Positions 14,095-23,470 of a stretch of 36,809 nucleotides of DNA are shown here, in pieces. The DNA lies in the NCBI GenBank assembly GCA_013115125.1, contig JABANN010000346.1, forward strand, positions 1 through 36,809. Reading direction: 5' to 3'. The position numbers and the translations under genes were made by a program. Every line of letters begins with the position of its first letter. Positions within the stretch are counted from its first letter, which is position 1. The notes under the pieces were generated by a model that was not told the DNA's origin, did no database searches, and worked only from the letters and a program-made list of their open reading frames with translations. This DNA comes from Perkinsus olseni (Eukaryota).

Positions 14095-17000
14095 TCACGA
14101 GACAGAAGTGTCGAGGATTCTCTCGAGTACTTGTACCATGGTTTTGCCGAGGAACCCCGGCATGCTTCGCGCCAGTTCCAGCGGGGTCTGGCCTTTACCG
14201 TTAACTTGCGCAAAATCGACGTAGCCCCTCTTCGCCAAACTCTCTATCTCATCGGCGTCTCCTTGCTCTATGTACCAGAAGACACTATGAGAGGCACCAG
14301 CGCATGCGAGAGCCTCAACACAAGCGTCACTATCGGGCGTTACCATAGCAACATCCAAGGCTGTGTTACCCTCCTTGTCAGTGGCATTAACATCCAGAGA
14401 CCGCTTGCCGAAGTGGGTAAGGCAGCTGACGATGGGCTTGTGATTACCGCTAACAGCAAGGTGCAAAGGGGTGGTCCCTTCCTCGTCATACATGCTGGCA
14501 TCAGCTCGGAAATCCAACAGCAGCTTCACAGCGCCGATGCATCCCTTGGAGGCTGCACAGTGGAGGGGTGACCAGCGGGAGCTGCCCTGTCTGCCATCTC
14601 GAGGGAACTGCATGCTCGGGTCGGCCCCGAACCTCAACAGGGCGCCGATGAGCCTCGCATCAGCAGTCGCGGCTCGTACGGCCAAGGCCAGTGGGGTCAT
14701 CGAGTCCAAGTCGGTGAGGTTAACATCAGCTCGGCCCATGCACAGGCTCTCGACCAAGTCCACCTTCCCTGTCGTGGCTGCCTTGTGCAGTCGGGTACCC
14801 CCTCTGGCCATGACAGGTCCATTCAGGCGAGCCCCCAGACCCCTCAGGAGCTTCACGAAGGGAACGTAGTGGGGCGCTACGTGAGCCGTACAAGATGCCA
14901 TCTCGATCTTGGGATCTTTCCGGGGAGACCGCCCGAGCCCGGTGATTGGTCGTCTTGCGTCCTTGGTCAGACTTACCACTCCCCCACGCCTCCCTCTCGA
15001 CTGAAGGCCCACACCGTTGCTCGCTCGATTGGCGTCAGTGGTGTTATCTCCGTCCTCAGGCACTCTTGTAAATCTTACAATTTCTCCACGCTGAAGAGAT
15101 GAACGGTCGATAGTCCAATCCATGATCGCATCCAGAGCCTGTAACGTCTTAGGGGCGTACTCGTACACCAGGTGGCGGTCCTGGTAGCGGTACTCCCGGA
15201 TAGCAGCATCCAACAACAACTTGGCAACATCGAGATGGCCCCTCTCCAGGGCGAGCGCGAACGGCATTAGCCCCTCCGAGGTGACCTTCTCGAAGACATC
15301 AGCTCCCTTGGCAAGGAGATACCTGAGAAGAGGAACATGCATTCTCACAGAATGGCTAGGCGGCCCTACTGGCAAAGCCTCATGTTGCCGTGCCAAGCGG
15401 CGAAGTGGATAGTAGTCCTTCCACTGGGCAGCTGTCTAACCTCATCCACAACGATTGCTGGGGTATGCTGGGAGCAGCAGCTGTACTCTGAGGAGCGTGG
15501 CTAGATCCCTACCCTAATGATGCCCTCAGCGAGGGGAGTATCGTCGTCCATAGTAGCCAGCAGCAGGGCCCTCTCCTTCTCCCACAAAGACTTGTATGCC
15601 TACCACCAAAGGCCTACTATAGGTTGCGGGGAGTGGACCCTACCAGGACGGCCTGATGGCTGCGAGTGGCCCAAAGATTGGGAAGATGCATCTCCAGACA
15701 ACAGACGAACTGGCAAACCCGCACGTAGAGCTCGAGGCAGGGAGGCTTCCAAGACGACAAGGGAGGGGGCTCCTATCAAGGACAATGGGAGCCTCCACGC
15801 TGACGTAGGACTCCTACGGTAGGAGGGAATACCTGCTGTGCTGCTGTCGGAAGATAGTCGTTGATGGTGTTCCTAACACCGACCAAACAGAGGTCATGAC
15901 GGTCGAGCTGAGAGAGTCTGTAGCCAGGTCCATCATAGGGGCCAGGCGCTACCTGCTGTTCGGCCATTACGAGCCTCATCCCGGCGAGGAAGCTCTCGAG
16001 TGTCGTGAACTGCAGGGCCCCTGTGACGATATCGAGCATTGTCAAGAGGTTGTTGGCGTGGAACAAACGGCAGTTCTCTACCACTTTGTTCTGAGACGGG
16101 AGCTCCGATGGGATGAATCTGAAGGCGAGAAGGGGGTCTAGATCAATCCCGTCTTCACGTCCGGGACCACAAGGGATTCACGAAATGGTCCTTTCCCGAT
16201 TTGTGTCCGATCGGTCGAGCATTTCGAACGAGCGCCATTCGCAGACGATGATGATGCCACACTACTTAGATCGAGTGAGCTGCTGCAGTCGTCGGGCAAA
16301 CTCATCAAACTGCCACTTGGCACGCTGTGCATCCTCATAGAACAGTTCCATGCCTAGGACTTGCAGCTCCTCAGCTTGTCGAAGCCCTTCAGGAGGGTTC
16401 GGGTAGCGAGCATCAACCTGGGATACGCCACCGATAGTGGCTACCTGTGATGATGAGAGTCACCCCACCTCCTCGCAAAGCTTATCCCATTTCTCTCGAG
16501 CATCGTCCGACCGGAAGCAGCTGTGGACAGTGGAGCGGTAGAGTGCCCTCACCCCGGCCGCTGTTGAGGCAAAGGCCTGTCCCTCATCAGCTCGTCGTCG
16601 ATGGTCGGCCTAGAGGGGATAAAACAGTAAGCTTCGAGAAGCAACACCTTACCCCAAGTCCTCGATCTGCTGTAGGGTCGGACCTGAGGAGGAATCATTA
16701 CCAGAGCAGTTGGGTACGGGTGGTCCCACTTCCCAGAGAACTCTTCTAAGGACTCGACGATGCCCCTACAGGTTTCCCTGTCGTCGACCGACCATCCTCG
16801 TCCAGGGGAGAGTACTATGGAGCACCAACGGTCCAGGAAGGCTCCTTCGTCTATCATGCCAACAGCACTCATATTAGAGGACTGAAGGACCAGCGTTGAG
16901 GAAAAGCGAGGTAATGCAAGATGGGCAAGATGTACCCTTTGCCTTTCCTTGAGGTGAAACCAATCTCTCGCCGGCTGGTCCCCGGCGAGTGTCTGTACCG

Positions 17001-17332
17001 ATCCATCAGGCATCACATCGCCAACCTTCAGCAGTTCCCGCAGCTTCCTATCGACGACGAGGAACCTGGCCAAGGCAGTGGCGCTCTCGAGAACAGCAAT
17101 AGGGCGGACAGAGGGGTACCCAATGACGGTGATGGCCTTACTCGCTCAAGCGCATGAGCTCCCTGCTGCCTTCGAAGACCTGGCCGTCCGCCACGACCGA
17201 GGCAGTGCGGAAGATGCTGCTCAAAGCCTCTACCACTCGGGCGACCAAGTCACTGTAGGGCTGTTGCTGCTGGCGTTGGGTTAGCGGCGTTGTTATACTT
17301 GCCAAGAGGGCGGACTTGGCACGAAGCGACAT
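14095..17332 (-). CDS. Ankyrin-repeat protein with a central degenerate RelA/SpoT-like (Pol-beta nucleotidyltransferase fold) domain, multi-exon
   Basis: C-terminal ankyrin repeats: GRTTIHFAAWHGN, GLMPFALALERGH, TRLHKAATTGK, WSPLHCAASKGC, GTTPLHLAVSGNH, GNTALDVA, GQTPLELA. Upstream exons join in phase back to ATG 17332. The ankyrin call is firm; the RelA/SpoT-like call is tentative. Confidence 0.8.
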
Positions 17333-17473
17333 CCGAGAGGAGCTGTCTAGGAAGGGTCCTAAGAATTAAGGCCGGTCCCTCCGCCCAACATGAATTTTCA
17401 AGACACAATCCAACGAAGGCGTTACACGAGCATCGCCATCATGCCAATAGTGCTCTCCACGGCAGGGGACACC

Positions 17474-20115
17474 TCAAGGGCTCCCATTCGACATGGTCTG
17501 AGTATCATCGTAGTCCAATCGATCCATGCTCCGGAAGGCCCTGTCTGCCACAGAAGAGGAGGGCCCGCTGGACACTGTCAACCGACTGGGCATGCTAGGA
17601 GGGCCGCACTGGTGCAGTGTCGCCGACGGCCTTCTTCCCGATGGCAGCCACTTCCGGCAGAGGCCGCCCATCTCTCGTGCAGCTATGACCACATCAGCAG
17701 TCCTTGGTTGAGGGGGCTCCCCCGACTCCAACAGGCCATGTACTTTCCACACCTCCACACGTCCATTGGAGCAGCCAAGGTACAGCAGGCCGGCACACAT
17801 CCCTATGCTCGTTACATCCCCTTGGGTAGGTAGCCCAACACAGGCTGTAGGGACGGCAGCACTAGGACACCCCCAAGGGATGCACACCACAATGCACTGC
17901 TGTTGTCCTCCACGACTGCTGAGGCCAATCAAAAACCTGAGATGAGGTACGAACTCGGAAGCGCGTTTGGTCGCACCGCTTGTTGACCGAAAGTCGCCCT
18001 CACGAGAGGCCACATCAGTAGCCCTACTCTCAGTACTATGCCCTTATCGACGAAAAGCCATGGCGCAGGGCGATAGTCAAGCTCATTTAAAGAATGCACT
18101 CCGCAGTGCTCAGATGGGGGCTATCCGGCTCGGTGAGGGGATGTGATGGTATAAGATCGAGGGTAGTGGCGGAGTACAGGACCGAGAACGCAGCACAAGA
18201 CGAGAATGTTGTGATTATCGTAATTCGAAGCTGCTCCTGCTGCTGGTGCCAATGCCTGCTACAGTTAAACAGTGTAATTTAGTTCTTTTGTGTTAGCCCA
18301 CAGACTGGAAACCACAGTAAGGGGTACTTAAAAGAAGCCATCACTAGCTCGAAACGGTATCACTGTAGAACACGGCGCCACCCCTGGAACCTACTTTCCT
18401 CTCTCGTCCATTGTCAAGGACTCCCATCCAGGATACTCCCCTGGCAGCAATATCTTATTGTCCGCATCCCCGCCACCATCCATCCTCCCTGTCGAGCCCC
18501 ACAGCCGTACCATTTCGATCGAGCTACCCTTATCAGTAGGTAGAAGTAATAATAAGGTGTGTGTGTAATTATTCATGCACCACTTGCATTCTTGAGCCCA
18601 CTTGAATTTCCTCAACGCAGAGTATACTAGCGACCTACCTAGCTCGTATACTTCATAGAGCACCAGACTCTCCTCCATCTCGGCCAGACAATATCGATCG
18701 TTCCTCCCACCCGGACGGGCGACGCACTCCACTCGTTTACAGCGTCCGTCGTCGAACTTGAACTCTTGCAGCATCTTCAAATTCCTCAACTCTGACTCTT
18801 CCAGCAGGCCTGCACTGCCGTCCTCGAAGGTCAACATAGCCTCTCTCGCTCCCTCCAGTACGCTTATCCATACAGGAGCACAGTCACAGGAGTACTCACC
18901 TCGCTTCGCCCACACTTCCCCCTCCAACCCGTATGAAAGTACATCTCCATCATCATACCCCAACCACAGTGTAGGTGCTGCTGCGACGCACATGGTGGAT
19001 ATTCTGACACCTCTATCCACGCCTAGAGCCAGCCTGCCACGGTCGTTGACGCCGCTCAGTACGGCGGTGCTCGTGCCGTCAGTGCAAACGACTGCATCCC
19101 CCCAGCAGGCCACGATAGGGAGCTCCCATCCAGGAAGGGTATGCCGACGGGAGGCCAGCGTCCGGGCGGTACGGATGTCGACAACCTCAACCAAGCCGTC
19201 CGAGTGAACGATCAAAGCTACGTCCGAATTGGTGGCCACAATTTGGGCCACTCCAGGAGACTGCGACGCGTGGTCCAAAAACAGCGGACCATGTTCCGGA
19301 CTTATTACGGCAATCCTACCTTCGGTCGTCCTCACCGCGCAACAACCATTAGCACCCTGCCATAGAGACACAGCACGAGCACCATCCAGAGGGACTCTCT
19401 TGATAGACTCCCCTCCCAGCACTGTCAATTCGCCTGTAGAGGAGAGCGCCAAGAGCCCACCAGTGCCGCACCTCGCTATGGCCACGACAGAGCCGTCCGC
19501 GGGCCTCAGTCTGGTTACCGTCACCGCGTCATCCTGGGATGAATCAAAAGCATGGAAGGAGATGGCCCGGCCATCGCCATGGAGCAAGGCTGCAGCTGCT
19601 GCAGTGGATCCCTCTGTACTCGGTAGGCACACTAGACTGGACGGGCCCAGGCCACCAGGCTGCCATACATCCATGCACTTACGGACAACAAGGGACCGTT
19701 CACGAGGATCGAAGGAGAGCTCAAGCAGCTGCAACTCCTCAGTGACGACGCAAAGGTGTAACATCCCTGAGCAGCCACCACAGACGACAGAGGCTAGCTT
19801 CAAGCTGGGAGCCTTGGCGTGACCATTGGGACGTACAGCAACGGTGCCATTACTTCTGCCATGGCGGATGCTCCACAACCGTATCGTCCCCGCCCTCTCT
19901 ACAGTATATAGCATATCCCTCTCGAGGGGAGAGAAGCAGGCGTCGAGCACATCTCCAGCGACCTCCAGGCAGCGCAGGTGGCGGTATCTATCCGAGCAGT
20001 AGTCCCATAGGACGAGGATGCTTGGGGAGGGCTGATGCAGTGCGAGCGGCTTGGTGGGATGTAGCCAGTAACGAGGGCCGGGTGACGAGTGCACCCACTT
20101 TAGTGAGAAGGTCAT
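17474..20115 (-). CDS. WD40-like beta-propeller protein, probably two exons
   Basis: Repeated blade motifs: GTIRLWSI, DGLVEVVDI, LWLGYDDGDVLSY, LYLGCSNGRVEVWKV. The 574-aa ORF joins the 17474-18013 ORF in phase through a 458-nt GT-AG intron at 17937-18394 (GGA AA|gtagg...ctcag|G TTT). Confidence 0.75.
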
Positions 20116-20609
20116 GATGGCTACGGAGGGGCGGACATGAGGACGGAGGAAGCTACAAGGTGTGGGGAGAGCAACCCGTCTCTACGTGAACAGCCCAGCA
20201 ATCTAGCGTACACAGGTCAGGCTGATATCTGAGTCAACGACAATACTGCTGCCACCACCAACGCTCCCATCAGCGGCTACCTGATGGTACGTAATGGTTG
20301 GTCTGACAGGATTGCTAGATCTCATAGACACGGCCTTGATGAACCCCACCACCGACGGGCGGCTCATGTCACGTGCAACTACCCAATGCCCAGTATAGCA
20401 CCAAGGCGAGCTAGTAGCCGACTATTGACTTTTCAAGAGAAGTTGCCTGAGAGAGTATACCACACCTCCCCCAATTCCCCTCCATGTGCCGCCCTAATCG
20501 CCCCTTACGACAGGTATCACGATGAACCGCCCTAGTCCCGACTTCACGCCGCTCTCACGAACACAACAGTACTGGTTCAAGTCAATTATAGTGGATGATG
20601 AGGAGGGCG

Positions 20610-21275
20610 GCTATAAGCTGCTCCTATGGACGGCGTCCGCGGGGGAAGGAGAGGCTCTTGTATCATGATGGTCAATGGTGCTACTACTGTGGTGTAGTCT
20701 ACTACCCCACTCCGAGAACTCCACTATGTCTGATGACCGCAGCCGAGGGGCGGCTGCGTGTAGGGCCGACGGAGACCGACTAGTTGGCTGCATACGCTGG
20801 TGATGGAGTTGATGAAGTTGGACATTCCCTCGTGGCACCAAGGCCAGGCAGCGAAGACAGCGTATCACTAACACAAACGACACATGTACTACCAACCTCC
20901 GCCGGAGTGTTGATCTAAAGGTGGTAGTATAGGTAGGGCGACACAGGACGGTCTAATATTGCTATACCACATCAAAGGAGCGCTCTCCTGTAGAAGTTTA
21001 CATCTCTGCAAGACTCGAGCAGGAGTAAGACGCTAGCACGAAGCCTCCATCCAAGCGCAATTTCCATCAGAGGATTAGCTCCTCCCTATGAGACATGAAT
21101 GCGCAGCTGCTGGTGGTGCCCCTGTACTACATCCTTGTGTCCTATTGGTTGTCCTATCCTCAGCCAGCATGGAATCTACTATGTCATTAGCCCAGGTATT
21201 GAAGTCGTCCATACCGCCCCTCCGTTGCTTCAAAAATGATCGCTTCCACCACAGGAAGAGTACTAGTAGGAGCAT
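20610..21275 (-). CDS. Possible small hypothetical multi-exon protein with N-terminal hydrophobic segment
   Basis: MLLLVLFLWWKR... followed by short open segments separated by GT...AG stretches. No domain recognised and the model is not fully resolved. Confidence 0.25.
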
Positions 21276-21349
21276 GGCCCCGGCCGCTGACAAAGGAGGC
21301 TTATAGCACAACTCTTATCAACTCGGGCCTAGCTCGGAACATGAATGTT

Positions 21350-21703
21350 GGCGGTTACACTACAACTACCGTGTAACCACCCATTATCAGTGGCTACACT
21401 ACAACTACCGTGTAACCACCCATTATCAGTGGCTACACTACAACTACCGTGTAACCACCCATTATCAGTGGCTACACTACTNNNNNNNNNNNNNNNNNNN
21501 NNNNNNNNNNNNNNNNNNNNNNNNNNNNNNNNNNNNNNNNNNNNNNNNNNNNNNNNNNNNNNNNNNNNNNNNNNNNNNNNAGTGGCTACACTACAACTAC
21601 CGTGTAACCACCCATTATCAGTGGCTACACTACAACTACCGTGTAACCACCCATTATCAGTGGCTACACTACAACTACCGTGTAACCACCCATTATCAGT
21701 GGC
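21350..21703. repeat. 39-bp tandem repeat array with internal inverted repeat, interrupted by an assembly gap
   Basis: Unit AGTGGCTACACTACAACTACCGTGTAACCACCCATTATC. Left of the gap there are 3 copies plus a partial (the first copy is slightly variant); right of it 3 copies plus a partial. Confidence 0.97.
21482..21580. other. Assembly gap (run of N)
   Basis: 99 N bases flanked on both sides by the same tandem repeat, so the true array length is unknown. Confidence 0.99.
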
Positions 21704-22069
21704 CTAGTCATTCCACCGTTCGAGCCAGCCTACAACCCGTACCATGACTACCTGTCTTAACAAGATTGCTGGGCCGGGCTTTACCGTCCTCCTCGTCTGT
21801 GGCTACATGAGACTGCCAGATCCTCTCCAACTCACTCTCGGGTAGGAGGCCACGAGTGCCCATGAATTCGATTCAATGTGTGTTTACGAAGTTAAAATCT
21901 TGCTACACTCGCACATTCTTGCAATTACTCAACGGCATTGCCACAGTCGAATCTTGCACTCTTACACTTCCTCACGATTTCAGCTTGTTCGCGCCCGCCC
22001 TCTAAGCTTGACTCCAGCGCGCTGAATTCTTTTTTGGTCACCGTGTCGTCCAGCTACTAGAAGGACACC

Positions 22070-23043
22070 ATGTTCGCCGTATCGACCGCACTAGCTGCTC
22101 AGGAGGGCTTGTACGTTGGGATGGGATATCCGATCTTCACGCGTGAAAGATTCGAATTAGGTCGGACTGGAACTGACTCTTCGAGCGCGTGTTTAGAATA
22201 AGCATGTAAAATACCGGTGGCCCAGTCCCTTAGATCTGATGAGGCATGTGTCTGTCAAGTAATCCCGTTAAATTGGTTCAAGTCGTTTGCCGTGTTCTCA
22301 CTCGGCCGTGGCTCCTTGACAGACTGCGGTCGCCCAGCCGCGCAATTTCCATCACCGGCTCCGACCATCGTCTTCTCTGTAGATACTGTTCCCCTACCAA
22401 CTTCTTCCTAGCTTCCTTGGGGATCGCTGCCTCCATCAGTCTCGCCAACCTCGGTGCTGCCTATGGTACCGCCAAGGCCGGTGTTGGCATCGCCTGTATG
22501 GGTGTTATGAGAGGTACTACCATCCCACAGTATCCACAGTCCCTTGTAGTACTACTGCTACTACTCAGGTGATCTCGTTATGCGATCTCTCATCCCTGTT
22601 GTCATGGCTGGTGTCTTGGGTATTTACGGTCTCATCACCTCTGTCATCATCAACGGCAAGCTCGAGAACCCCGCCGCCCTCAGCCCCTATTCGGTAAGTC
22701 ATCATCAACCTGCCACCCTTCCCTCATCAATCGTCCCATCCTAGGCCTACGCCCTCCTCGGTGCCGGACTTACTGTCGGCTTCTCTGCCTGGGCTGCTGG
22801 ATACGCTATTGGCATCGTCGGTGATATCGGCGTGAGGTGAGTGGCTCATCATAGTCGATCTGTGGTAACACTTTCATCATCATCAGGTGCAACGCTCTCT
22901 CCAACGGCAAGCTCTTCGTGGGTATGATCCTTATCTTGATCTTCGCTGAAGCCCTGGGCCTGTACGGTCTCATTGTCGGCCTTGTTGTCGCCTCTGGTGC
23001 TATGGAGAAGGGTAGCAACCTTTGCATCCCCTACAAGAGCTAA
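22070..23043 (+). CDS. VMA3: V-type H+-ATPase 16 kDa proteolipid subunit c
   Basis: Spliced: [22 protein letters not shown]...[14 protein letters not shown]...[16 protein letters not shown]...[15 protein letters not shown]|...[24 protein letters not shown]...PYKS*. It contains the conserved proton-binding Glu and four introns, the first at 22111-22382. Confidence 0.96.
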
Positions 23044-23470
23044 GCATCCCCTACACAAGCCTAGCATTCACCACTGATGACTGGTCATCGTTGTCATCAT
23101 TCCCCCTGTTGTTTTTCATTCCTAGTGTTGTGGTCGTCGTTGAAGCCTCCAACAACAAGATCATCAGTCGTTCATCTCCGCACTCCCTGCTGTTGGGTAT
23201 CCTGCCTCCTTCAGTGGTCTATCGATCCCAGTATGGAGGGGAGGGCACTCCCAATTTCCCAAGTAGAATTCTTTCGCTGCTGTGGCCGCCTCGGTAGTCG
23301 GGCTGATGACTGCTGCTTGTCAAGGAGCTCGATGATGACGGCAGTGATGATTGTGATGTTGCATCATTACTACTTAAATGCTAGAATAATTTCCGTCTTC
23401 CTGTTCCCTTGCGTTACATCAATTTACTCGCCTTCACTGTGAGGGCAGATAATATCTTTCTTCCTGTTCT

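Noticed and set aside
21350..21703. CRISPR array
   Set aside because: Units are palindromic and CRISPR-sized but contiguous and essentially identical, with no unique spacers, no cas genes and a eukaryotic context.
21345..21707. 120-aa ORF with VATLQLPCNHPLS repeats
   Set aside because: It is open only because the 39-bp unit lacks a stop in that frame (one minus-strand frame is also open). It spans the N gap and has no other coding support.
22236..22262. Hammerhead ribozyme core (CUGAUGA)
   Set aside because: No stem II followed by GAAA downstream.
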